64,000 nt of DNA from Flavobacteriales bacterium (GCA_947463095.1 CANHRE010000005.1:1120-65119); one strand, 5' to 3'. Counted from the first letter of the stretch, positions 1 to 9,984 are shown. Notes: generated by a model from the letters alone, not told the origin. Made by a program: numbers and translations.

Positions 1-1020
1 GCCGCTGCGGTAATAATCGCCTCGGGGCATAATATCATATAAATTATCAATATTCAGCCAGATCAGATAAAACAGGGTGGCCCCGGCCAGCAACTGGTTC
101 AGCGTGGTGCGCCGGTATAAATCCTGCACTTCCTGCATATTTCCTTCTTTCATGTGGGAAGAAATAATCGGTGCACTCACCTGCAGCAACGTGCGTTTGG
201 GAATCTCGACGAGCATGGCCAGGTAGAAGCCGATGCTGTAAATCGCGGTATCCGACAATTGCTTCATGGAGGTGATCATCATGAAGTCCAGCTTCGATAT
301 GATGAGTCCTGTAACACCGCCGAGAAACAGAAAACCGGTAAAGCGCAGCATCTCTTTGCGCAGTTCAGGATGTTCCCGCAGGAAGTTCAGGTCGGGAATA
401 AGATGGATGGGGGTAAGCCGCGACAGGAACAGAATATTGCCCGCCACCGCGAGGCCATAGGCCGCCACCATCAGCCACAGGGCGGTTTGAAAATCAATCC
501 ATCCCCTGAAAAAGGCAAAACCCGCAGCAATCAGGCATACACGGATGAATATTTCCCGCAGGAAGTTGGGCACCGCAATGCGCCCGTGGTTGGCAGATGC
601 CGATTCGGTTACCACCTGAAACAAGCTGAACAACACCAGCAGAATCAGCATGGGGTACAAGGCTTCCAGCTTCTGCGCATCCATGCGGAACAGTGCCAAC
701 AAAGGGTCTCGGAAAAACAGCAAGCCGGCGAGTACCAGCAGGTAGCCGGTGGCCGGCAGCACAAATACCCAGAAGAAAAAACCGTGGTTGCGCCGGTCCT
801 CTGTTTTGAAATAGGGAAAGAAGCGGTTGATGCTGTAATGGGTACCCATCAGGGCGAAGGTGGATAATACCGCTGCAGCTTCCAGCAGAAAGCGCACCGC
901 ACCCAGGTCCGTAGGTTCAAAGAACAGCGGGAACAGCAGAAACAGGCTCAAAAAACCAAGCAGGGTTCCGATATAATTGGAAGCTGTGGCCTTGATGCTC
1001 TGCCGGATGATGACGCCCAT
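1..1020 (-). CDS. Polysaccharide biosynthesis flippase (Wzx/MATE-like), 3' part outside window
   Basis: Not in ORF track because it runs off the edge. Reverse complement from 1020 reads MGVIIRQSIKATASNYIGTLLGFLSLFLLFPLFFEPTDLGAVRFLLE..., a hydrophobic multi-TM Wzx-type N-terminus. TAATTTTG -7 box at 1028-1035 (minus). Confidence 0.8.
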   Translation of the reverse strand, partial: MGVIIRQSIKATASNYIGTLLGFLSLFLLFPLFFEPTDLGAVRFLLEAAAVLSTFALMGTHYSINRFFPYFKTEDRRNHGFFFWVFVLPATGYLLVLAGLLFFRDPLLALFRMDAQKLEALYPMLILLVLFSLFQVVTESASANHGRIAVPNFLREIFIRVCLIAAGFAFFRGWIDFQTALWLMVAAYGLAVAGNILFLSRLTPIHLIPDLNFLREHPELRKEMLRFTGFLFLGGVTGLIISKLDFMMITSMKQLSDTAIYSIGFYLAMLVEIPKRTLLQVSAPIISSHMKEGNMQEVQDLYRRTTLNQLLAGATLFYLIWLNIDNLYDIMPRGDYYRSG

Positions 1021-1125
1021 CGTGGGGCAAAATTACCCTAAACAGCGGCGGAATCGGTTATCATGAATTTGTTTGTTCCTCTGTAACATTTCCCGACGAA
1101 AAAAGCGTCACTCGTTGACCCTTCC

Positions 1126-1133
1126 TATCTTTG
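1126..1133 (+). promoter_or_regulatory. Bacteroidota sigmaA -7 promoter box TATCTTTG
   Basis: Exact TAnnTTTG match upstream of the glycosyltransferase; implies the true start is GTG at 1155. Confidence 0.6.
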
Positions 1134-1154
1134 TCCGGTACAAGGCACGCCAAG

Positions 1155-2267
1155 GTGAAGCTGATTAAGTTTTCGTCATTGTCCGGACAGATCGCCGGAA
1201 TCCTGGAGCAGGAGCTGGACACAGCTTGCGATTACCGCGAAGGCCAGCGCCGCATTTATGCGCATGCCGTGGATTTTGCAGATTTTTACAAGAAGCACCT
1301 GGAGGCCGAACAACAATGTGAAACGGAAGAGGTGCTGCTGAGTTCTGCCGGCCTGCGCAAGCGCTGGTACGCGGCACATCCATCCTGCAAAGAAGGCGAT
1401 ACCCTGCAATACGCCTTGGATCAGATTGCCGAGTTTAAACCCGATGTGGTTTTTGACCAGGCCAGGGTGCTGCTGCCCGTCATCGGCGACCTGAAGAAGA
1501 AGTTCCCTTTTATTCGCTGCACTGCCACCTGGGATGGCTGGATTGCCTCTGAACCGGCCCGCATGCATGGATATGACCTGTATTTCACCTGCGTGCCGGA
1601 AATTCTGGAGAAGCAAGTAGCTGTGGGCCACCGCTGTACCATCAATCCATTTGGTTTTGAAACGAGCATCCTCAACCACATTCAGGTTCCGGAATCACGC
1701 ACCAACCGGGTGTGTTTTGTGGGCTCCCTTTCTTCGGGCATCCACAACCTCCGCAACCGCGTGTTAAATGAATTGCGCAAGGAGGATGTGCTCGACTGGT
1801 GGATCGGCAACATCGGTCAGGGTTTGTTCACGCGTTCCAAGTTGCGCGAGCTGGCTTATGGCAACTTCCGGGCTTTCCGGAATAATTTTCCCTTCGAACG
1901 GGATAACCGCGGGAAGTTGTACGGGCTGGAGATGTATCAGACAATGGCCCGCTATCAGATGACCATCAACATCCACGGCGATCAGGTGCGCAACATCGGC
2001 AACATGCGCCTCACGGAAGCCGGCGGCGTAGGCACCTGTCAGTTGATTGACTGGAAACCCAATGCGGCGGAGTACTTCAAGCCCGATGAAGAGGCCGTGT
2101 TCTTCCGAACGGTGGATGAATTGAAAAGCAAGGTGCGCTACCTGCTGGATCATCCGGAAGAAACAAGGAACATAGGCTTGGCCGCGCAGAAGCGCATCCT
2201 CCGGGAATTCTCTTTCGCCGCGCATGTGTCGCGGTTTATGAAAGAAGTGAAGGGTTTTTTGGGGTGA
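1155..2267 (+). CDS. Glycosyltransferase, CgeB / Glyco_trans_1_2 family
   Basis: C-terminal LYGLEMYQ...INIH...NMRLTEAGGVG...F.PDEE...H motif typical of CgeB-like GT4 enzymes; divergent from the flippase. Confidence 0.8.
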   Translation: MKLIKFSSLSGQIAGILEQELDTACDYREGQRRIYAHAVDFADFYKKHLEAEQQCETEEVLLSSAGLRKRWYAAHPSCKEGDTLQYALDQIAEFKPDVVFDQARVLLPVIGDLKKKFPFIRCTATWDGWIASEPARMHGYDLYFTCVPEILEKQVAVGHRCTINPFGFETSILNHIQVPESRTNRVCFVGSLSSGIHNLRNRVLNELRKEDVLDWWIGNIGQGLFTRSKLRELAYGNFRAFRNNFPFERDNRGKLYGLEMYQTMARYQMTINIHGDQVRNIGNMRLTEAGGVGTCQLIDWKPNAAEYFKPDEEAVFFRTVDELKSKVRYLLDHPEETRNIGLAAQKRILREFSFAAHVSRFMKEVKGFLG

Positions 2268-2276
2268 CGATACAAG

Positions 2277-2522
2277 TCATACCAGGCTAAGCGCAGCAAA
2301 TGTTATGGTGCGCCTAAAAAAGCCTGTCATGGTGAGCCGCCTGCCCCGCCCGAGCAAAGCGAGCGGCGGGGAACCACAACTTGCCCCGCCCGTAGTTCGT
2401 AGTTCGACGGGCTCACCATGACATTTTTTTATCATTCTGAACTTGCCGAAGTACGACCATGGTTCAAGCGCCTCCCCTACCAATGTGCTACGCAGCCCGC
2501 TAGGGGGCAGGCACCATGACAG
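2277..2522. repeat. Cluster of REP-like palindromic elements between convergent genes
   Basis: Perfect 14-bp inverted repeat TGTCATGGTGAGCC (2325-2338) / GGCTCACCATGACA (2410-2423), plus degenerate copies TGTTATGGTGCGCCT (2301), TCATTCTGAACTTGCCGAAG (about 2432) and AGGCACCATGACA (about 2509-2521). Confidence 0.7.
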
Positions 2523-2545
2523 CATGTTCCCGATGGCTGATTGGC

Positions 2546-4000
2546 CTACAACTCCTTGCGCAGCCTGGCCACGGAGATATTCAGCTGTTCGCGGTATTTA
2601 GCCACGGTGCGCCGGGCAATATGGTATCCGCGTTGTTTCAGCAGTTCCATCAGCGCCTCGTCGGTGAGGGGTTTTGATTTGTCTTCCGCCTCGATGGCAT
2701 CTTTCAGGATCTTCTTGATTTCGCGGTTGGACACTTCGTCGCCGTCTTCGGTGGCAATGCCTTCGCTGAAGAAGAACTTGAGTGGGATGATGCCAAAATC
2801 GGTTTCCACGTATTTGCTGTTGGCCACGCGGCTGATGGTGCTGATGTCCAGCGATACCTTTTCGGCTATGTCCTTCAGAATCATGGGCTTCAGCTTGGCT
2901 TCATCGCCGTCTTGGAAGTACTCATGCTGCCGCGCCACTATGGCCTGCATGGTGCTGAGCAGGGTATGCTGCCGTTGCTTCACCGAGTCAATAAACCAAC
3001 GTGCGCCCTCCAGCTTCTGCTTGATGTATTGCACGGCATCTTTCATGGTGCGGTCCTTTTCAGGGGCGGCTTCGTAGGCGCGCAAGGTTTCGGCATAGGC
3101 CGGGCTAAGCCGCAGCTCGGGGGCATTCCGGGAATTCAGCAGCACTTCCAGTCGTCCTTCATCGTTGCGCACGATGAAATCGGGCACGATATACAGGGTT
3201 TTGGAGGCCCCGCCCTGGGTCATGCCGGGCTTGGGCGTAAGCTTGGTGATTTCTTTTATGGCGTCGCGGAGCTGGTCGTCGTTGATTTTCAGGGAACGCT
3301 TGATCTTCTCGTAATGCTTTTTCCCGAAGGCTTCCATATGGTCGGCAATGATGCGCTCGGCCAGAGAAAGCGCCGGGTTGTCGCCATAATCCTTCTTATA
3401 CAATTGCAGCAACAGGCATTCCTGCAGGTCGCGTGCGGCGATGCCGGGCGGGTCGAAGTTCTGTATCTTGATGAGGATGCGCTCCAGGTAATCTTCCGTG
3501 GTGGTGATGTTCTCTGAAAAAGCCAGATCGTTCACGATGGCACGCAGCTCCCGGCGCAGGTAACCGTCCTCGTCAATGCTGTTGATGAGGTGTATGGCGA
3601 GCGTAAGGTCTTCTTCCTTTGGAAAGGTGGCCCGGGCCTGCTCCACCAGGTAGTCCTGGAAGCTGTATGTATTGGCGATGGGCATTTCCCGCTGCTCCTC
3701 GTCACCGTAGTCTTCATTCAGGCGGAAGCCCCCGTCATCGTCGTTGTAACGTAGCAGTTCGTCTATATCTACATCGCGAGAAAAAGGTTCTTCCTCGGGA
3801 ACAAGGTCGTCTTCAGCATTAGAAAAGGGATCTTCTTCCTCATTCTTTCCCGTTTCCAAGGCAGGATTGTCCAGCAACTCCTGATCTAACTTCTCTTCAA
3901 AATCAAGTGTGTTGAGCTGTAAAAGCTTGATGAACTGAATCTGCTGCGGACTTAAGCGCTGCAGCATCTTCTGGCTCATATGCTGTTTCATGTAACTCAT
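2546..4000 (-). CDS. rpoN: RNA polymerase sigma-54 factor
   Basis: Gln/Leu-rich region I, DPPGIAARDLQECL, HTH DISTISRVANSKY and RpoN box ARRTVAKYRE. Confidence 0.98.
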   Translation of the reverse strand: MSYMKQHMSQKMLQRLSPQQIQFIKLLQLNTLDFEEKLDQELLDNPALETGKNEEEDPFSNAEDDLVPEEEPFSRDVDIDELLRYNDDDGGFRLNEDYGDEEQREMPIANTYSFQDYLVEQARATFPKEEDLTLAIHLINSIDEDGYLRRELRAIVNDLAFSENITTTEDYLERILIKIQNFDPPGIAARDLQECLLLQLYKKDYGDNPALSLAERIIADHMEAFGKKHYEKIKRSLKINDDQLRDAIKEITKLTPKPGMTQGGASKTLYIVPDFIVRNDEGRLEVLLNSRNAPELRLSPAYAETLRAYEAAPEKDRTMKDAVQYIKQKLEGARWFIDSVKQRQHTLLSTMQAIVARQHEYFQDGDEAKLKPMILKDIAEKVSLDISTISRVANSKYVETDFGIIPLKFFFSEGIATEDGDEVSNREIKKILKDAIEAEDKSKPLTDEALMELLKQRGYHIARRTVAKYREQLNISVARLRKEL

Positions 4001-4035
4001 ATACCCTTCCTCAACCTAATTGTTAATCCTCACAC

Positions 4036-4043
4036 TAAATTTG
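4036..4043 (+). promoter_or_regulatory. sigmaA -7 box TAAATTTG for asnS
   Basis: TAnnTTTG consensus 34 nt upstream of the asnS ATG. Confidence 0.55.
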
Positions 4044-4077
4044 CTGCCGGGTTTTTTCAAAACCTGATTACAGGCAA

Positions 4078-5592
4078 ATGTACATAAAAGATTTAGCAGC
4101 AGCGGCGGAACAAACGACCACCATCAAAGGCTGGGTGACCAATAAGCGCGAAAGCAAAGGCATCGTGTTTTTGGTGTTGCGCGACGGAACGGGCTTCTGT
4201 CAGTGTGTGGTGGCCCAGGATACCTGCGGTGAGGAGGTTTTTGAACGTGCCCGCAGCCTCAGCATGGAAAGCAGCGTAGCCCTTACCGGAATGGTGGTGC
4301 GTGATGAAAAGCAAATGGGCGGCGTGGAACTTCAGGCTAGCAACGTGGAAGTGTTTCAGGTTGCCGAGGAATATCCCATCTCTAAGAAAGAGCACGGGGT
4401 TGACTTCCTGATGGATCATCGCCACCTGTGGTTGCGCAGCAGCCGTCAGTGGGCCATCATGCGCATCCGCAATACCGTTATTTACAGCATCCACAAATAT
4501 TTCCAGGAGCAAGGCTTTCTGCAGATGGATGCGCCCATCTTCACCGGCAATGCCTGCGAAGGTACCAGCAACCTGTTTGAAACGGATTTTTACGGCGACC
4601 CTGCCTACCTGAGCCAAAGCGGTCAGCTATACGGTGAAGCCATGGCCATGGCCTTTGGCCGTATCTACACCTTCGGTCCTACCTTCCGCGCTGAAAAAAG
4701 CAAGACCCGCCGCCACCTCAGCGAGTTCTGGATGATAGAGCCGGAGATGGCCTTCTATGACATCTTCCAAAATATGGACGTGATTGAAGGCATGCTGCAT
4801 ACCGTGATTCGCGAGGTGCTGCACACCAACAGGCACGAACTGGAAATGATTGGCCGCGACACCGCCATCCTGGAGAGCAGCCTGAAGCAGTTCCCCCGCA
4901 TGACCTATGACGAGGCTGTGCGCATCATCCGCGGCGAGCAGGATGTGAACGGGGTGAACAGCATCACCTCGCTGCGCGAAGCCTTGACAGAAGCACAGGA
5001 GCGCCACGACGCTGTGTTGAATGATATCGAAACACGCGAAGCCAAAATTGCAAGTCCCGGCATGAAGAAGGGCGAGATAGGCTTCCACCAGAATAAAATC
5101 CAGGAGCTGCGCAACGAACTGCGCGACCTGGAAGAGGACCTGCGCAATATTCCGCAGTGGATAGAAAGCGCCGAAAACTTCCGCTATGGAAATGACTTTG
5201 GCGGCAGCGACGAAACGGTCCTCACCAGGCTGTTCGATGTGCCCGTGATGGTGTACGACTGGCCGCACGAAGTGAAGGCTTTCTACCTGAAACGCAGCGC
5301 CCAGGATTCGTCGAAGGCCCGTGGCGTAGATGTGTTGGCTCCCGAAGGATACGGTGAGATTGTGGGTGGCGGCGAGCGCGAAACGGATCTGCATCTGCTG
5401 CAGGAGAAAATCCGTGAACACCAACTGCCCATGGAAGCCTTTGAATGGTACCTCGACCTGCGCCGCTTCGGCAGTGTGCCCCACAGCGGCTTCGGACTAG
5501 GACTGGAACGTCTGGTAACCTGGGTGTGCAAGTTGAAGCATGTTCGCGAATCCATCCCCTTTGGACGCATGTACGGCCGTTTGCTCCCCTAA
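4078..5592 (+). CDS. asnS: Asparagine--tRNA ligase with a helical insertion
   Basis: OB-fold N-terminus, YLSQSGQLY, motif 2 FRAEKSKTRRHLSEFWMIEPE, motif 3 PHSGFGLGLER. Confidence 0.97.
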   Translation: MYIKDLAAAAEQTTTIKGWVTNKRESKGIVFLVLRDGTGFCQCVVAQDTCGEEVFERARSLSMESSVALTGMVVRDEKQMGGVELQASNVEVFQVAEEYPISKKEHGVDFLMDHRHLWLRSSRQWAIMRIRNTVIYSIHKYFQEQGFLQMDAPIFTGNACEGTSNLFETDFYGDPAYLSQSGQLYGEAMAMAFGRIYTFGPTFRAEKSKTRRHLSEFWMIEPEMAFYDIFQNMDVIEGMLHTVIREVLHTNRHELEMIGRDTAILESSLKQFPRMTYDEAVRIIRGEQDVNGVNSITSLREALTEAQERHDAVLNDIETREAKIASPGMKKGEIGFHQNKIQELRNELRDLEEDLRNIPQWIESAENFRYGNDFGGSDETVLTRLFDVPVMVYDWPHEVKAFYLKRSAQDSSKARGVDVLAPEGYGEIVGGGERETDLHLLQEKIREHQLPMEAFEWYLDLRRFGSVPHSGFGLGLERLVTWVCKLKHVRESIPFGRMYGRLLP

Positions 5593-5617
5593 GCAGCAGC
5601 CGGGTGCCCCTTTTACT

Positions 5618-5625
5618 TATCTTTG
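5618..5625 (+). promoter_or_regulatory. sigmaA -7 box TATCTTTG
   Basis: Consensus match 10 nt upstream of ATG 5636. Confidence 0.55.
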
Positions 5626-5635
5626 CCTACTGTAT

Positions 5636-7645
5636 ATGAAAGTATATATCTCTGTGTTCACCCTGGTGCTCCTCGGCATGCAGGCTGTTCAAGCCCAGAA
5701 TCCGACCGACACCTTATTCACCTTCGGCCCTCATGTGGTCAGCGTAGAGGAGTTTGAACGAGGCTTCCTGAAAAACAAAGACCTCAGCAACCAAAAACCT
5801 GATGCAGCAGAAGTGGATGACTACCTCAGGCTCTACCAGCGCTTCAAACTGAAGGTCCAGGATGCCTATGACCTGAAGCTGGACACCATCCCGCAATTCA
5901 TCCAGGAACTCAACGGCTACCGCCGCCAGCTGGCTAAGCCCTACCTGAGCGACCGCGAAGTAACTGACCAGCTGATGAAGGAAGGCTACGAGCGCATGCA
6001 ATGGGAAGTGAGTACCGCTCATATCCTCGTCCTCTCCCGCCAGGATGACTTACCCGAAGATACCCTCAAGGCCTGGAATAAAATACAGGCCATCGCCGCT
6101 GAACTGGCTAAAAATCCCGAGAAGTTCAACGACATCGCCTTCGAAAAAAGTGAAGACCCCAGCGCTAAAGAAAACCGCGGTGAACTGGGATATTTTACCG
6201 CTTTCCAGTTTGTGTACCCCTACGAAACGGTGGCCTTCAGCACTCCCGCCGGTCAGATCAGCAGGGTGTTCCGCACCAGCTACGGCTACCACATCCTGAA
6301 AGTACTGGACCGCCGCCCGAATGCCGGTGAGATGAAGGTGGCTCACCTGATGCTGCGCCTGTCGCCCAATGCCAACGGCGATGAACTGCAGCAGAAGAAA
6401 TCCAAGATGGATGAAATTTATGCCGAAATCCGCAAGGGTACCCCCTTCGAAGAACTGGTGGCCCGCTGGAGCGAGGATTATTCCACCAAATCCATGAACG
6501 GGGAAATGGATTACTTCTATGCCACCGCCCACCTGAATGGTGAACTTACCCCTGAGTTTACAGAAGCAGCCTTCTCCCTGAAAAACAACGGAGATGTTTG
6601 TGTGCCCTTCCGTACCCCATACGGCTTCCACATCCTGAAACGCCTTGACCTGAAGCCGCTTCCCTCGTATGAGGAAATGAAGCCTGTGCTGAAACAGAAC
6701 ATCTCCAGCGACAGCCGTTCCTACAAAAGCACGCAGGCCATGATTGCCAAAATCAAGCAGGAGTACGGATTTATGGAATATCCCGAAAACCTGAAAACAT
6801 TCAGCAACACATTGGATACCAGCCTCCTCAAGGCCATGTACCTGAAGGGCTCCGGTCCGGCATACAGCCTGCCGCTGTTCCGCCTGGGCAACGAAGATTT
6901 TAGCGCCGACCGCTTTGCAGGATTCCTGGTGGCCATGCAGCGTCCTTCCAAGCTGAAGCAAGTGGCTGCCGTGCTCAATACCTACTACAAAAATTGGGTG
7001 GATGCCAGCTGCATCGATTTCCTGGACCGCCACCTCTATGAGAAATATCCTGAATTTGCAGCCCTCTATCAGGAATACCGCGAAGGCATCCTGCTGTTCA
7101 ACCTGGCTCAGGATAAGGTATGGAATAAAGCCATCCGCGATACAACCGGGCTGGATGCATATTTTAAAGTCAATGCTTCCCGCTACTCCTGGGAAGACCG
7201 GTTCCACGTGAGCATCTACAATGCCCGCACCGAAAGCATCATGAAGTCGGTAGCTAAGATGATCAAGAAAAAAATCAGCGATGATTCCATCTACCGTTAC
7301 CATACCAAAGAAAGCCTGCTAAACCTGAGCATCCAGGACGGTAAGTTCGAATGGAAAGACAGCAATGCTTTTGTGCAGGAACTGTTCGCAGCAGGCAGCA
7401 AATACCGCAACAAGAAGAATTATACCTGGATGATGGGACAGCGTGGCAACGACCAATGGCTGGTAATCCGCATCCACCAGTTCCTGCCCGCTGGCTCCAA
7501 GTCGCTTGACGAAACCCGCGGCCCCGTGATCAGCGATTATCAGACAGTGCTTGAAGATGCCTGGGTGGATGAGGTTGCCCAACGCTATCCGCTTGTCGTG
7601 AATGAACGCGCGTTCCAACAGCTTAAGGAGCGCCTTACCCGGTAA
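5636..7645 (+). CDS. Periplasmic parvulin-type peptidyl-prolyl isomerase (SurA/PpiD-like, two rotamase domains)
   Basis: Signal peptide MKVYISVFTLVLLGMQAVQA; two parvulin signatures (AHIL...SEDPSA...GELG...RTSYGYHILK and AHLM...SEDYST...RTPYGFHILK). Start moved to 5636. Confidence 0.9.
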   Translation: MKVYISVFTLVLLGMQAVQAQNPTDTLFTFGPHVVSVEEFERGFLKNKDLSNQKPDAAEVDDYLRLYQRFKLKVQDAYDLKLDTIPQFIQELNGYRRQLAKPYLSDREVTDQLMKEGYERMQWEVSTAHILVLSRQDDLPEDTLKAWNKIQAIAAELAKNPEKFNDIAFEKSEDPSAKENRGELGYFTAFQFVYPYETVAFSTPAGQISRVFRTSYGYHILKVLDRRPNAGEMKVAHLMLRLSPNANGDELQQKKSKMDEIYAEIRKGTPFEELVARWSEDYSTKSMNGEMDYFYATAHLNGELTPEFTEAAFSLKNNGDVCVPFRTPYGFHILKRLDLKPLPSYEEMKPVLKQNISSDSRSYKSTQAMIAKIKQEYGFMEYPENLKTFSNTLDTSLLKAMYLKGSGPAYSLPLFRLGNEDFSADRFAGFLVAMQRPSKLKQVAAVLNTYYKNWVDASCIDFLDRHLYEKYPEFAALYQEYREGILLFNLAQDKVWNKAIRDTTGLDAYFKVNASRYSWEDRFHVSIYNARTESIMKSVAKMIKKKISDDSIYRYHTKESLLNLSIQDGKFEWKDSNAFVQELFAAGSKYRNKKNYTWMMGQRGNDQWLVIRIHQFLPAGSKSLDETRGPVISDYQTVLEDAWVDEVAQRYPLVVNERAFQQLKERLTR

Positions 7646-7669
7646 CATCTGCCGCATCTGAACCGTTTT

Positions 7670-9031
7670 ATGCGTATGAAGCCCCTGTTGTCTGTGATTG
7701 CCATCCTATTGAGCATCAGCTCATTACAGGCACAAAAAGAACGTTATGTGGATGGCATCCTGGCAGTGGTGGGCGAAAAAATTATAACCTACAGCGACTA
7801 CCTCACCGAATACGATCAGGTGAGTAAGCAAACCGGTCCCGGAAGGGATGGCGAATGTTTCGTGTTCGAACAACTGCTCATCCGCAAGCTGCTGATGAAC
7901 CAGGCCGAGCTGGACAGCCTGCCCGTAGATGAAAACCGCGTGGATGCGGAAATAGAAAACAAGCTGCGTTACTACGCCCGACAGTTGGGCAGCGAAAAGA
8001 AACTGGAAGAATTTCTGGGGAAGTCGCTGTCGGAATACAAACGCGACATCCGTCCGCGGGTGAAGGAGCAGATGCTTTCCCGCGACATGGAGAACAAGGT
8101 GCTGGAAAATGTAAAAATCAGCCCGCGTGAGGTTCAGGAATACTATGCCTCTATTCCCCGCGACAGCCTGCCGCTGATAGGTGCCGAAGTGGAAGTTGCC
8201 GAACTGATTGTGGTACCCAAGGTTTCTTCGGAAGCTAAGGCCTATGCCAAAGAAAAAGCCGAAGAACTGCGCGGCCGGATCCTCAGGGGAGCTTCTTTCG
8301 ACAAGCTGGCCTCTGCATACAGTGAAGACCCCGGTTCTGCCCTGCAGGGTGGCCTGCTGCCTGAATTTGGTCGCGGCGATATGGTTCCGGAGTTTGAACG
8401 CGCCGCCTTCCGCCTCAAAGCAGACAGCGTAAGCAGGGTTATAGAAAGCCCCTACGGTTACCACATCATCAAGTTGATCAGCCGTCGGGGTGAACGCATC
8501 ATCTGCAGGCATATCCTTGTGCGTGCGCAAATCACCTCTGAAGACCTGCTGCAGGCAAAAAGACGCGTGGACAGTGCCTACAGCCTGCTCATGATGGACA
8601 GTCTTTCCTGGTGCAATGCCGTAAAGCGTTTTGGCGACCAGGAATCCGGCAGGAAAGGAGAGTGCGGCTTTTATTCTGATGAAAACACCGGCGTGCAGAA
8701 GGTGGCCGTAGATGCCCTGGAAAAAGACTTGGTGAAAATCATTCAGGATATGCCCGCCGGAACCTATGGCGAACCCCAGCTGAATGTTTTTCCGGATGGC
8801 GCCCGCGCCTATCGTCTGGTGTATCTGAAATCGGAAACCAAGCCGCACACGGCCAACATGATTCAGGATTACCCTAAAATACAACAGGCAGCGCTGCAAC
8901 AGAAAAAGGACGATGCCCTGAATGCCTGGGTGCGTAAAACACGCCTCAAAACCTATGTTAGCGTGAGCCAGGATTTCGAAAACTGCCCGGTAGTGGCTGA
9001 ATGGACCCGCAACAACAGCAACGAACAATGA
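7670..9031 (+). CDS. surA: SurA-like chaperone / peptidyl-prolyl isomerase
   Basis: VDGILAVVGEKII SurA N-domain; SEDPGSA...GGLL...MVPEFERAAF...SPYGYHIIK rotamase domain. Confidence 0.88.
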   Translation: MRMKPLLSVIAILLSISSLQAQKERYVDGILAVVGEKIITYSDYLTEYDQVSKQTGPGRDGECFVFEQLLIRKLLMNQAELDSLPVDENRVDAEIENKLRYYARQLGSEKKLEEFLGKSLSEYKRDIRPRVKEQMLSRDMENKVLENVKISPREVQEYYASIPRDSLPLIGAEVEVAELIVVPKVSSEAKAYAKEKAEELRGRILRGASFDKLASAYSEDPGSALQGGLLPEFGRGDMVPEFERAAFRLKADSVSRVIESPYGYHIIKLISRRGERIICRHILVRAQITSEDLLQAKRRVDSAYSLLMMDSLSWCNAVKRFGDQESGRKGECGFYSDENTGVQKVAVDALEKDLVKIIQDMPAGTYGEPQLNVFPDGARAYRLVYLKSETKPHTANMIQDYPKIQQAALQQKKDDALNAWVRKTRLKTYVSVSQDFENCPVVAEWTRNNSNEQ

Positions 9032-9984
9032 ACGACGATGTGCAACTGGCTGAACGTTTCCGCGAATCGTTTCAGCGTCTGAAGGCGGAAACCGGCAAGG
9101 TAATTATTGGCCAGGAAGCCGTGGTGGAAGGGGTGCTCAGCGCCATCTTCTGCAATGGCCATGTGCTGCTGGTGGGTGTGCCCGGTCTGGCAAAAACACT
9201 GCTGGTGAAAACGGTGTCCCAGTCGCTGGACCTCAGCTTTAGCCGCATCCAGTTCACCCCTGACCTGATGCCCGGTGACATCACCGGCCACGAAATCTTG
9301 GACGAAGCCCGCCAGTTTCGCTTCGAGAAGGGTCCCGTATTCGCCAACATCGTGCTGGCCGACGAAATCAACAGAACCTCTCCCAAAACGCAGGCAGCCC
9401 TGCTGGAAGCCATGCAGGAACACAATGTGACCGTTTCCGGCAAACTGCACCGCCTGCCCGACCCTTTCTTCGTGTTGGCCACGCAGAACCCTATAGAGCA
9501 GGAGGGAACCTACCCGCTGCCCGAAGCACAGTTAGACCGCTTCATGTTCAACATCAGCCTGGGCTATCCCAGCTTTGAAGATGAGGTACGCGTAATCCGC
9601 AATACCACTGGTGATACGCAGCAGCAGGCCCAGCCCGTGCTGAACGACCGCGATATCATCGCCTACCAGCAGCTGGTGCGCCGTGTGCCCATCACCGATC
9701 ACGTGCTGGAATACGCCGTGAAACTGGTGAGCGCAACCCGCCCTGATTCGGCACACAGCACACCGCGCATCCGCGAGTTTGTAAACTTCGGTGCCGGTCC
9801 GCGCGCAGGTCAGTTCCTGGTGCTGGGCGCCAAATGTCATGCCCTGGCCAACGGTAAATACGCCCCCGATGAAGAAGATGTGCGTGCTGTGGCCCTCAAC
9901 GTGTTGCGCCACCGCATTGTGCGCAACTACCGCGCAGAAGCCGAAGGGCTCAGCACCGACGACCTGATCAAAGGTCTGTTGTAA
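9028..9984 (+). CDS. MoxR-family AAA+ ATPase
   Basis: Walker A GVPGLAKT, RIQFTPDLMPGDI, Walker B LADEINR, ATQNPIEQEGTYPLPEAQLDRF; ATGA overlap with the surA stop. Confidence 0.95.
   Translation: MNDDVQLAERFRESFQRLKAETGKVIIGQEAVVEGVLSAIFCNGHVLLVGVPGLAKTLLVKTVSQSLDLSFSRIQFTPDLMPGDITGHEILDEARQFRFEKGPVFANIVLADEINRTSPKTQAALLEAMQEHNVTVSGKLHRLPDPFFVLATQNPIEQEGTYPLPEAQLDRFMFNISLGYPSFEDEVRVIRNTTGDTQQQAQPVLNDRDIIAYQQLVRRVPITDHVLEYAVKLVSATRPDSAHSTPRIREFVNFGAGPRAGQFLVLGAKCHALANGKYAPDEEDVRAVALNVLRHRIVRNYRAEAEGLSTDDLIKGLL

Noticed and set aside
2277-2525. 82-aa minus-strand ORF
   Set aside because: It coincides with the REP-like palindrome cluster and has no coding signature.
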